Source: Thiohalocapsa sp. (GTDB lineage Bacteria > Pseudomonadota > Gammaproteobacteria > Chromatiales > Chromatiaceae). Taken from it: a DNA stretch of 64,000 nt. This document shows, in pieces, positions 56,533-64,000 of the stretch. Both the position numbers and the translations under genes were made by a program. Each line of letters begins with the position of its first letter. Positions within the stretch are counted from its first letter, which is position 1. Below the pieces are notes generated by a model. That model did not search any database. It was not told the DNA's origin and saw only the letters and a program-made list of their open reading frames with translations. The stretch is from assembly GCA_021736785.1 (NCBI GenBank), contig JAIPFF010000024.1, positions 1,507 through 65,506 of the forward strand, read 5' to 3'.

Positions 56533-58080
56533 ATGACCGTCATTGAACCGCCTTCCGTCTCCGAGACGGCCGTCAAGCGAACCCTGAACGGCTACGCGCT
56601 GACCGTCTTTCTCAGCTCCGCCCTGCTGCTGGTGCTCGAGATCGTGGCCGGGCGACTCGTGGCCCCCTATGTCGGCGTGTCGCTCTACACCTGGACGTCG
56701 ATCATCGGCGTCATCCTCGCCGGCCTGTCTCTCGGCAATTGGATCGGCGGCGTCTGGGCGGACCGCGGCGGCAGCGGGCGCAGCGTGGGGATGGTGCTCG
56801 TCGCCGGCGGCTTGTACTGCATCCTGAGCCTGGCGATGCTCGATGCCCTCGGCGCCGCACTGCAGGCAAGCGGCGCCACGTTGCTGACCGCGAGCTTCGT
56901 CTTCGCCTCCGTGCTGTTTTTCGTTCCGGCGGCCCTGATCGGCGTGGTTACCCCATTGTTGACGACGCTCTCGCTTCGGCTCGACGACCGCGCGGGGCAT
57001 GTCATCGGACGCATGCACGCGCTGGCCGCGGTGGGCAGCATCAGCGGCACCTTCGCCGCCGGCTACTGGCTGGTGCAGGCGCTCGGCACGCGCACCGTGG
57101 TGCTGACGACCGGCTTGCTGCTGCTCGCCCTCGGCGCGCCGTTCCTGCGCGGCATCCATCGCGCCGCGCAGGTCCTGCTGGTGGTCGCCGTGCTCGCTAC
57201 CGGGCTGCTGGTCGGCCTGCGCCAGGGACTCGCATCGAGCTGCGACCGCGAGAGCAGCTATTTCTGCATCCGCGTCGTCGACCAGAGCGCGGACGCCCCG
57301 TTCGGCGAGGCGCGAGGACTGGTGCTGGACCATTTGCTGCACGGCATCAATCACCGCGACCAGCCCGCCATGCTCATCGCGCCCTATGTGCACGGCATCG
57401 ACGAGCTCGCCTATGCCCACTTCGGCGAGCGCTACGATGCCGGGCTGCGCTGGTTTTTTGCCGGCGGCGGCGCCTATACCCAGCCGCGCGCCTTGCAGGT
57501 GCTCAGCCCCGACTCGCAGATCACTGTCGCGGAGCTCGATCCGGCGGTGACACGCACGGCCGTGGAACGGCTTTATCTGAACCCCGACGGCATGCAGATC
57601 GTGCACCGCGATGCGCGCCTGGCGCTGCTCGACGCCGAGGCGCCCTTCGACGTCGTCGTCGGCGACGTCTTCCACGACGTCGCCATCCCCTACCATCTGG
57701 TGACCAAGGAATTCGCGGCGCTGGTGAAAGCGCGCCTGCGCCCGGGCGGGCTGTATGCCATGAATGTGGTCGACGCGTTCCCTGATCCGCTGCTGATCAA
57801 GGCCATCGTCAAGACCCTCGCCAGCGAATTCAGCTACGTCGACCTGTGGATGGAGGGTCCGCCGGAGGCGGCACGGGTGACCTTCATCGTCACCGCCAGC
57901 GATGCCCGGCAGTTGCCGAAGACCGTCGCGGCACGCGGCAGTTTCCCGCGCAGCTGGACGCGCATGACCGAGGACCTGATGGCCTTCGGCCGCTCGCCGC
58001 GGACACTGCCGCTGCTGACCGACAATTACGCGCCGGTGGAGCGGCTGATCTCCGACCTGCTGATCGGCGATGCCCGATGA
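56533..58080 (+). CDS. fused membrane (MFS-like) / spermidine-synthase-like methyltransferase-fold protein
   Basis: ORF 56332..58080, trimmed to the ATG at 56533. About 7-8 N-terminal TMs ('LTVFLSSALLLVLEIVAGRLVAPYVGVSLYTWTSIIGVILAGLSLGNWIGG'). C-terminal SpeE-like 'FFAGGGAYTQPR...VAELDP...DVVVGDVFHD...PYHLVTKEF'. Confidence 0.8.
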   Translation: MTVIEPPSVSETAVKRTLNGYALTVFLSSALLLVLEIVAGRLVAPYVGVSLYTWTSIIGVILAGLSLGNWIGGVWADRGGSGRSVGMVLVAGGLYCILSLAMLDALGAALQASGATLLTASFVFASVLFFVPAALIGVVTPLLTTLSLRLDDRAGHVIGRMHALAAVGSISGTFAAGYWLVQALGTRTVVLTTGLLLLALGAPFLRGIHRAAQVLLVVAVLATGLLVGLRQGLASSCDRESSYFCIRVVDQSADAPFGEARGLVLDHLLHGINHRDQPAMLIAPYVHGIDELAYAHFGERYDAGLRWFFAGGGAYTQPRALQVLSPDSQITVAELDPAVTRTAVERLYLNPDGMQIVHRDARLALLDAEAPFDVVVGDVFHDVAIPYHLVTKEFAALVKARLRPGGLYAMNVVDAFPDPLLIKAIVKTLASEFSYVDLWMEGPPEAARVTFIVTASDARQLPKTVAARGSFPRSWTRMTEDLMAFGRSPRTLPLLTDNYAPVERLISDLLIGDAR

Positions 58081-58198
58081 TCGCGGCCCCGCCGCTGCCC
58101 GCCGCGCGGCAGCCGCGCTCGGCGCTTCATTCCTCGAAGACGCCCGCCGCGGCAGCGGGGGGCACCATCGCAGGACGCAGGATACGGGCGGGCGGGAT

Positions 58199-58756
58199 TC
58201 AGGGCGTATCGCGCAGCGTCGCGACCGCCGGCGACAGCCAAAGCAGAACGGCGTCCGCGGGATACTCCGGCGGATTCTCCGACAGCAGCACGACGCCCCC
58301 TTCCAGCTGCCAGGCCAGCGCGCCGCCCCCTCCGCCGCCGCGCAGCGGCTCGCCGAGCCCGGTGCGCAGGCTCTGTTCGAGCATCCCGTGATAGCGCTCC
58401 CTGTAATAGAGCTGCAACGCGCTCAGCAGGTCGTCGGTATAAAAAAGGCGGGCCTCGCGGGCCGGCAGGCCGTTGAAGGAGGCGATCTCGGCGGCGCAGA
58501 CGCGCTCGCCGAAAGCCCCGGGCGCGTCGCGGCAGTCGAACTCCACCTTGGGGAACTGGGTAGCGATATCGGCTTCGCGCACCTGCGGCGTCAGCCGGTC
58601 ATAAGCGATATTGAAGCCCGGGCTACCCATGACATGCAGAAGAAAGAGGTCGCTGCGACGCTGGCCGTCCTCTGTGAACATGAGCCAAGTGAAGGGGCCG
58701 GCGACCAGCGCCAACGCCAGCACGAGCTTGTAGGTGCGTGGTAGTTTCAGTTTCAT
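58199..58756 (-). CDS. hypothetical exported protein
   Basis: ORF 58199..59170, trimmed to the ATG at 58756. N-terminal '[27 protein letters not shown]' (signal or anchor). No family recognised. Confidence 0.5.
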   Translation of the reverse strand: MKLKLPRTYKLVLALALVAGPFTWLMFTEDGQRRSDLFLLHVMGSPGFNIAYDRLTPQVREADIATQFPKVEFDCRDAPGAFGERVCAAEIASFNGLPAREARLFYTDDLLSALQLYYRERYHGMLEQSLRTGLGEPLRGGGGGGALAWQLEGGVVLLSENPPEYPADAVLLWLSPAVATLRDTP

Positions 58757-58891
58757 AGGGCGCGCATTGTAGTCGCTTCGAGCGTGCGGCGTTCGCGTCT
58801 CGGCACCGGCATCGGCACGGCCGTCGCCTCGGCGCCCCCAGCGACATGCCGCCGCGCATCGCCCCAAGTCAGAGAACCGGACCCGTCGATC

Positions 58892-61501
58892 ATGACCGAT
58901 TCCTCCGCCAGCGCGCCGACCTCCCGGGGCGCCCCGCAGCATACGCCCATGATGCAGCAATTCCTGCGCATCAAGGCCGACTATCCGGACATGCTGCTGT
59001 TCTACCGGATGGGCGACTTCTATGAGCTGTTCTTCGCCGATGCCGAGCGCGCCGCGGCACTGCTGGACATCACGCTGACCAAGCGCGGCCAGTCGGCGGG
59101 CCAACCGATCCCGATGGCCGGCATTCCCTACCACGCCGCGGAGGGCTACCTGGCCAAACTGGTGCGCCACGGCGTCTCGGTGGGGATCTGCGAGCAGATC
59201 GGCGACCCGGCTAAAGCAAAGGGACCTGTACAGCGGGAAGTGGTGCGCGTGGTGACGCCCGGCACACTGACCGACGAGGGGCTGCTCGACGAGCGGCGCG
59301 AGAACCTGCTCTGCGCCATCGCCGAAGCCGCCGATTCATTCGGCATTGCGGTGCTGGAGCTCTCCAGCGGGCGCTTCTCGATCTCGGAGCTGGCCGGCGA
59401 CGAGGCCCTGGCTGCCGAGCTCGAGCGCCTGCAGCCCGCCGAGGTCCTGATCGCCGAGGACAGCCGCCTCGACCAGCGCCTGCGCATCGGCGCCGGCGCC
59501 ACTCGGCGTCAGTCCTGGCTGTTCGATGCCGACAGCGCCGAGACACTGCTCTGCAGGCAGTTCGGCACCCGCGACTTGGCCGGCTTCGGCTGCGCGGACC
59601 TGCGCCTGGCGGTGGGCGCGGCCGGCTGCCTGCTGCAGTACGTCAACGATACCCAGCGCGCCGCCCTGCCCCACATCCGCGGTCTCGGCACCGAGCGCCG
59701 CGACGAGGCCGTGATTCTCGACGCCGCCACCCGCCGCAACCTCGAACTGCTGACGCCGCTCGGCGGCGACACCCAAGGACGCGCGGCGGCCACGCTCGCC
59801 GGCGTCATGGACCGCACCGCGACCGCCATGGGCGCACGGCTGCTGCGGCGCTGGATCAGCCGCCCGCTGCGCGATATCGCGGCCGTGCGGGCGCGCCACG
59901 ACGCCATCGAGCGCCTGACGCCGGAGCGGGCCTTCGAGCCGCTGCGCGAGGTGCTGACCGGCATCGGCGACTTGGAGCGCATCGCGGCGCGCATTGCCCT
60001 CGGCTCGGCGCGCCCGCGTGACCTCGGCACGCTGCGCGATGCGCTGACCCGGCTGCCGGCGCTGCGCGAAGCACTCTCGCCGCTTGACAGCCCGCTGCTG
60101 GGCAGCATCGACGGCGAGCTCGGCGAGCACGCCGACACCCGCGACCTGCTGGCCAGGGCGCTGGTCGAAAATCCGCCGATGCTGATCCGCGACGGCGGCG
60201 CCATTGCCCGCGGCCATGACCAGGCTCTCGACGAGCTGCGCGACATGGCCGAGCACGGCGACCGTTTCCTCGTCGATCTCGAGAGGCGCGAGCGCGAGCG
60301 CACCGGCATCGCGGCACTGAAGGTGAGCTACAACCGGGTACACGGCTACTACATCGAGCTCGGCCGCACCCACGCGGATAAGGTGCCGGACGACTATCAA
60401 CGCCGGCAGACGCTCAAGGGCACCGAGCGCTACATCACCCCGGAGCTCAAGCGTTTCGAAGAGCAGGTCTTGAGCGCCCGCGAGCGGGCGCTGGCGAGGG
60501 AAAAGGCGCTCTACGAGACGCTGCTGGCAACGCTGCGCGAGGGTCTGGCGCCGCTGCAGGCGATGGCCGCGGCGCTCGCCGAGCTCGACGTGCTGTGCAA
60601 TCTGGCCGAACGGGCCGACCGATTGCAGTGGACGCGCCCGATACTGACCGAAGAGGCGGTGATCGACATCGACGACGGACGTCATCCGGTGGTCGAGCAG
60701 CTCGGCCGCGAGACCTTCGTCGCCAACGGGGTGCGCTTCGACGATCGGCGCCGGATGCTGATCATCACCGGCCCGAACATGGGCGGCAAATCCACCTACA
60801 TGCGCCAGACCGCCCTGATCGTGCTGATGGCCTACGCGGGCAGCTTCGTGCCGGCACGCGCGGCGCGGATCGGTCCGGTGGACCGCATCTTCTCGCGCAT
60901 CGGAGCCGCCGACGACCTGGCCGGCGGGCGCTCGACCTTCATGGTCGAGATGGAAGAGACCGCAAACATCCTGAACAATGCCACCGAGCGCAGCCTGGTG
61001 CTGATGGACGAAGTCGGCCGCGGCACGAGCACCTTCGACGGACTGTCGCTGGCCTGGGCCTGCGCCGTCGAGCTGGCATCGCGCATCCGAGCGCTGACGC
61101 TGTTCGCGACCCACTACTTCGAGCTCACGACATTGCCCGAGGCCCATCCCGGCATCGTCAACGTCCACCTCGACGCGGTCGAGCACGGCGAGCGCATCGT
61201 CTTTCTGCACAGCGTGCGCGAGGGGCCCGCGAGCCAGAGCTACGGCCTGCAGGTGGCCGCGCTGGCCGGCGTGCCGGCGACGGTGATCGAGCGCGCGCGC
61301 GAGCGGCTGCGGGAATTGGAGGAGACGGCCCATGCGCGCGGCCGCGCCGATGCCGAGCCGCACATGGCCCAGCTCAGTCTGTTTGCGCCGGAGGCGCCGA
61401 GCCCGGCGCTGGAGGCCTTGCGCGGCATCGATCCGGACACGCTGAGCCCCCGCGATGCCCTCGACGCGCTCTACCGGCTGCGCGAGCTTTCCGACCAATA
61501 A
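58892..61501 (+). CDS. mutS: DNA mismatch repair protein MutS
   Basis: ORF 58784..61501, trimmed to the ATG at 58892. '[34 protein letters not shown]', Walker A '[15 protein letters not shown]', '[18 protein letters not shown]'. Confidence 0.95.
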   Translation: MTDSSASAPTSRGAPQHTPMMQQFLRIKADYPDMLLFYRMGDFYELFFADAERAAALLDITLTKRGQSAGQPIPMAGIPYHAAEGYLAKLVRHGVSVGICEQIGDPAKAKGPVQREVVRVVTPGTLTDEGLLDERRENLLCAIAEAADSFGIAVLELSSGRFSISELAGDEALAAELERLQPAEVLIAEDSRLDQRLRIGAGATRRQSWLFDADSAETLLCRQFGTRDLAGFGCADLRLAVGAAGCLLQYVNDTQRAALPHIRGLGTERRDEAVILDAATRRNLELLTPLGGDTQGRAAATLAGVMDRTATAMGARLLRRWISRPLRDIAAVRARHDAIERLTPERAFEPLREVLTGIGDLERIAARIALGSARPRDLGTLRDALTRLPALREALSPLDSPLLGSIDGELGEHADTRDLLARALVENPPMLIRDGGAIARGHDQALDELRDMAEHGDRFLVDLERRERERTGIAALKVSYNRVHGYYIELGRTHADKVPDDYQRRQTLKGTERYITPELKRFEEQVLSARERALAREKALYETLLATLREGLAPLQAMAAALAELDVLCNLAERADRLQWTRPILTEEAVIDIDDGRHPVVEQLGRETFVANGVRFDDRRRMLIITGPNMGGKSTYMRQTALIVLMAYAGSFVPARAARIGPVDRIFSRIGAADDLAGGRSTFMVEMEETANILNNATERSLVLMDEVGRGTSTFDGLSLAWACAVELASRIRALTLFATHYFELTTLPEAHPGIVNVHLDAVEHGERIVFLHSVREGPASQSYGLQVAALAGVPATVIERARERLRELEETAHARGRADAEPHMAQLSLFAPEAPSPALEALRGIDPDTLSPRDALDALYRLRELSDQ

Positions 61502-61558
61502 ACAGGGAGTCGACAGCGCTCGCGTCGAAGCACCCGCACGATTGGCGATGGCGCCGGC

Positions 61559-62338
61559 TCAGCCGCAGGAGACGGACTCGACGCCGACGAGCGCCACGGT
61601 GATATTGTCGGTGCCGCCATTCGCGCAAGCGCGCTCCACAAGTGCTTCGGCTGCCGCATCCAGCGCGTCGCCGGCCGCGACGATCAGCGACGCGATGTCC
61701 TCGTCGGACAGCATCCCGGTAAGGCCGTCGGTACAGAGCAGGTAACGATCGCCGGCCTCGACCGCCGACACCGACGAGGACACCTCGAGCGTCGCATCGA
61801 TGCCGACCGCACGCGTCAGCAGGCTGTCGCTGATGCCCTGGCTGCTTGCCTCCTCCACGCTGGCGTAGAGTCCGCGGTCGACCAGCTCTTGGATGAAGGA
61901 ATGATCGCGGGTCAGTTGCTGCAGCTGACCGTCGCGCAAGCGGTACAGCCGGGAGTCGCCGACATGGGCAACGGCCAGCCAGTCGTGCGTGAACAGGCCG
62001 GCGACCACGGTGGTCCCCATGCCGCTGCAGGATGGGTCGCGCGCGGCCGTTTCCAGAATGGCGCTATTGGCGTCGGCCACGGCCGATCGCAGCAGCGCGG
62101 CGGCCGAGCGGGCGCCCGTGGGCCGATCGCCGCGCTCGCGCGCCGATGCCTCCAGCAATCGCTCCGAGATCATCCCGACCGCGAGCTTGCTTGCGACATC
62201 GCCGGCGTTGGCGCCGCCCATGCCGTCGGCGACGACGGCGAGGCCGAGTGCGGGCTGCACATCGACGGCGTCCTCGTTGCGCGCGCGCACCAGCCCGCGA
62301 TCGGTGCGCCAAGCAAAATGCAGGCGCGGCGCCGGCAT
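61559..62338 (-). CDS. PP2C-family Ser/Thr protein phosphatase (Stp1/PrpC-like)
   Basis: 259 aa. 'RTDRGLVRARNEDA', 'VVADGMGGANAGDVAS', 'VAHVGDSRLY', 'LLCTDGLTGMLSD' and 'GGTDNITV'. Confidence 0.88.
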   Translation of the reverse strand: MPAPRLHFAWRTDRGLVRARNEDAVDVQPALGLAVVADGMGGANAGDVASKLAVGMISERLLEASARERGDRPTGARSAAALLRSAVADANSAILETAARDPSCSGMGTTVVAGLFTHDWLAVAHVGDSRLYRLRDGQLQQLTRDHSFIQELVDRGLYASVEEASSQGISDSLLTRAVGIDATLEVSSSVSAVEAGDRYLLCTDGLTGMLSDEDIASLIVAAGDALDAAAEALVERACANGGTDNITVALVGVESVSCG

Positions 62339-62377
62339 ATCAGGGCCGGCCTCTCGGCGCCCGCATGCCGCCGGCCA

Positions 62378-63106
62378 TCAGTTCTGCGCCGATTGCTCGA
62401 GCAGCGCCGCCAGCTTCTTCGGCTCGACATAGCCGGGTACCATCTGGCCGTTGTCGAGCACGATGGCCGGGGTGCCGCGGATACCCATCAGCTCCCCGAG
62501 CTCCATGTGCTTCTGGACCGGGTTGCTGCATTTCTTGCTGTCCACGGCAATCCCGTTTTTGGCGTCGGTCATCGCCGCTTGCCGATCATCGGCACACCAG
62601 ACCGAGACCGCCTTTTCGTACGACGGGCTATCGACGCCGGTGCGCGGGTAGAACAGATAGCGCACGCTGATCCCCTCGCTCGCGTAGTCGCCGATCTGCC
62701 CGTGCAGCTTACGGCAGTAGCCGCAATCGATGTCGGTGAAGACCGTCACGGTGTGCTTTTCGGCCGGTGCGTCGAAGACGACCATGCCGTCCTCGCCGAC
62801 CGTGTCCAGGGCGCGCAGCCGGGCCTGGCCGCGGGCGGTCTCGGTGATGTCCTCGCGCGTCTTCAAATCGACGATCGCGCCGTCGATCAGGTAGCGCCCG
62901 TCGCCGGTGACGAACATGACCTGCGGGCCGATCTCGACCAAGAACAAACCCTCGACCTCGGTGGGCTGCACGCTGGTGGGCGTGTAATCGGGCAGCACCT
63001 TGGCCAGCGCCGCGCGGATGGTCGCCGCCTCGTCCGCGACCGCGGCTTGGCCGCCGAAAGCGAGCACGGCCGCGAATGCCGACGACAGGAGATGACGCTT
63101 CTTCAT
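62378..63106 (-). CDS. dsbC: thiol:disulfide interchange protein DsbC
   Basis: 242 aa. Signal peptide 'LLSSAFAAVLAFGGQAAVA', active site 'FTDIDCGYCRKLH', 'GIRGTPAIVLDNG'. Lies next to xerD, as in many Gammaproteobacteria. Confidence 0.88.
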   Translation of the reverse strand: MKKRHLLSSAFAAVLAFGGQAAVADEAATIRAALAKVLPDYTPTSVQPTEVEGLFLVEIGPQVMFVTGDGRYLIDGAIVDLKTREDITETARGQARLRALDTVGEDGMVVFDAPAEKHTVTVFTDIDCGYCRKLHGQIGDYASEGISVRYLFYPRTGVDSPSYEKAVSVWCADDRQAAMTDAKNGIAVDSKKCSNPVQKHMELGELMGIRGTPAIVLDNGQMVPGYVEPKKLAALLEQSAQN

Positions 63107-63124
63107 GAATACTTCCTCGGGGAA

Positions 63125-63607
63125 TCAGTCTCTGAAATTGGTGAATTGGAGCGGCAGCTCCCAGTCGGTCTCTTTCAGCATCGCAATCGATTGCTGAAGA
63201 TCGTCGCGCTTTTTGCCCGTCACCCGCAGCTGATCGCCCTGGACCTGCGCCTGGACCTTGAGCTTGGCGGCCTTCAGCGCTTTGACCATGCGTTTCGCCG
63301 TATCGCTGTCGAGGCCCTGCTTGAGGCCGATGCGCTGGCGCGCGGCGTTCAGTGTCGTCACCGGCTCGTCGACATCCAGCGCCGAGAGATCAACCTGACG
63401 TTTGACCAGCTTTTGCCGAAGAATATCCAGCATCTGACCGAGCTGGAATTCCTGCTCGGCGACTAGCCGGATCTCCCCGTCCCCGAGCTCGAAGCTTGCG
63501 TCGACCCCTTTGAAGTCGAATCGGGTACCGATCTCGCGATTGGCTTGGTCGACGGCGTTGCGGACCTCTTGGATGTCGCATTCCGAGACGACGTCGAACG
63601 ACGGCAT
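63125..63607 (-). CDS. yajQ: YajQ family (UPF0234) nucleotide / c-di-GMP-binding protein
   Basis: 160 aa. 'MPSFDVVSECDIQEVRNAVDQANREIGTRFDFKG...LPLQFTNFRD'. AGGAG upstream. Confidence 0.9.
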   Translation of the reverse strand: MPSFDVVSECDIQEVRNAVDQANREIGTRFDFKGVDASFELGDGEIRLVAEQEFQLGQMLDILRQKLVKRQVDLSALDVDEPVTTLNAARQRIGLKQGLDSDTAKRMVKALKAAKLKVQAQVQGDQLRVTGKKRDDLQQSIAMLKETDWELPLQFTNFRD

Positions 63608-63688
63608 GACCTTACTCCTGCTCTGGCTGCTTGCTGAAAAATAGCGCGCAACGATAGATTAATGCGGCCGAAACTTCCACTTCGGCCC

Positions 63689-63725
63689 GCCCCGTGACGC
63701 GATTTTGCAAACCGCGTCACGGGGC
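63689..63725. repeat. perfect 13-bp inverted repeat (hairpin) between xerD and yajQ
   Basis: GCCCCGTGACGCG-attttgcaaac-CGCGTCACGGGGC. A second 7-bp hairpin, GGCCGAA..TTCGGCC, sits at 63666..63687. No adjacent U-run on the transcribed (-) strand. Confidence 0.8.
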
Positions 63726-63785
63726 GCGCGCGCCTGGCCTCGCGCACCCCGGGCGCCGCGCCGAGGACGGCGCTCCCCCCCGAAT

Positions 63786-63873
63786 CGGATCAGGCCCGGA
63801 TCAGGCTCGGATCAGGCCCGGATCAGGCTCGGATCAGGCCCGGATCGAGCTCGAACCGGGCTCGGATCAGGCG
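63786..63873. repeat. tandem array of eight 11-bp units (CGGATCAGGCC / CGGATCAGGCT alternating; last three degenerate)
   Basis: Read directly. The units start at 63786, 63797, 63808, 63819, 63830, 63841, 63852 and 63863. Seven units carry GATC. Intergenic, 15 nt downstream of the xerD stop. Confidence 0.9.
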
Positions 63874-63888
63874 CAGCCAAGGCTTCGC

Positions 63889-64000
63889 TCAGGCGCGCGG
63901 ATGATGCATGGCGTGCAACTGTTTCAGGCGCTCGCGGGCCACATGGGTGTAGATCTGCGTCGTCGACAGATCGCTGTGACCGAGCAGCATCTGTACCACA
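63889..64000 (-). CDS. xerD: site-specific tyrosine recombinase XerD (C-terminal 36 codons; the rest lies beyond the window end)
   Basis: Hand translation of the minus strand: [36 protein letters not shown]. This includes the catalytic-Tyr box '[15 protein letters not shown]' and the XerD-like tail 'HHPRA'. Confidence 0.85.
   Translation of the reverse strand, partial: VVQMLLGHSDLSTTQIYTHVARERLKQLHAMHHPRA

Noticed and set aside
59336-61498. 720-aa minus-strand ORF
   Set aside because: It is antisense to mutS.
63786-63873. Possible CRISPR array
   Set aside because: The units are 11 bp long and directly abutting, with no spacers. There are no cas genes in the window. It is a microsatellite-like tandem repeat, not a CRISPR array.
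63889-64000. Tyrosine recombinase as a marker of an integrated mobile element
   Set aside because: The C-terminal sequence and the adjacency to dsbC fit the chromosomal dimer-resolution recombinase XerD. No att-like repeats, tRNA or phage/ICE genes lie nearby.
1-64000. tRNA, rRNA, riboswitch, IS element or toxin-antitoxin genes
   Set aside because: I scanned the intergenic regions by eye for T-loop (GGTTCGAATCC-like) motifs, terminal inverted repeats and small paired ORFs and found nothing convincing. Absence by eye is weak evidence, so a tRNAscan/Rfam/ISfinder run should confirm it.

Overview
This is a GC-rich chromosomal segment (about two-thirds G+C by eye, with third codon positions strongly G/C). 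It is most consistent with a sulfur-oxidising gammaproteobacterium of the Chromatiales/Ectothiorhodospiraceae type, but the taxon is inference only. I call about 50 densely packed protein genes, many with 1-8 nt start/stop overlaps. By eye I saw no rRNA, tRNA, CRISPR array, transposase, island integrase or prophage genes.

Gene order:
- (-) MoxR-like AAA+ ATPase (partial), a membrane hypothetical and a sirtuin.
- (+) amine-oxidase-like flavoprotein, DUF1365 and a CFA-synthase-family methyltransferase.
- (-) DUF2760 and an atypical Hsp70.
- (+) DUF2934.
- (-) a BacNav-type voltage-gated channel.
- (+) NapC/NirT tetrahaem cytochrome, a periplasmic ankyrin protein and FccA/FccB flavocytochrome c sulfide dehydrogenase, followed by a strong terminator.
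- (-) DUF2333.
- About 1.1 kb of poorly coding sequence.
- (+) a nine-gene Mrp-like antiporter operon (E, F, G, DUF4040, B, C and three antiporter-like subunits).
- (+) aqpZ.
- (-) telA, xpaC and a GGDEF-EAL sensor.
- (+) EF-hand protein, PepSY, an OmpR-type response regulator and histidine kinase, an outer membrane factor/adaptor/heavy-metal RND efflux set, DUF3240 and a small His-rich secreted protein.
- (+) putA and phbB.
- (-) a small PLDc_N membrane protein.
- (+) a DAG-kinase-family lipid kinase.
- (-) a REC-HisKA_3 kinase and a 2304-aa hybrid kinase.
- (+) a membrane-fused spermidine-synthase-like protein.
- (-) a hypothetical.
- (+) mutS.
- (-) PP2C phosphatase, dsbC, yajQ and xerD (partial).

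Most long ORFs in the track that lie antisense to these genes are GC-driven shadow ORFs.

The most noteworthy observations are:
- an Mrp/complex-I-type antiporter subunit fused through a ~300-aa disordered linker to a peptidoglycan-binding domain;
- a giant hybrid kinase with six tandem periplasmic solute-binding modules, sitting next to a REC-fused NarX-type kinase;
- a BacNav channel with an acidic TFEDWTD filter;
- a NapC/ankyrin/FccAB operon;
- an Hsp70-like/DUF2760 pair;
- an 11-bp tandem array carrying seven phased GATC sites.

I did not find a clear mobile or defence island. All family assignments come from motif recognition by eye and need profile searches.
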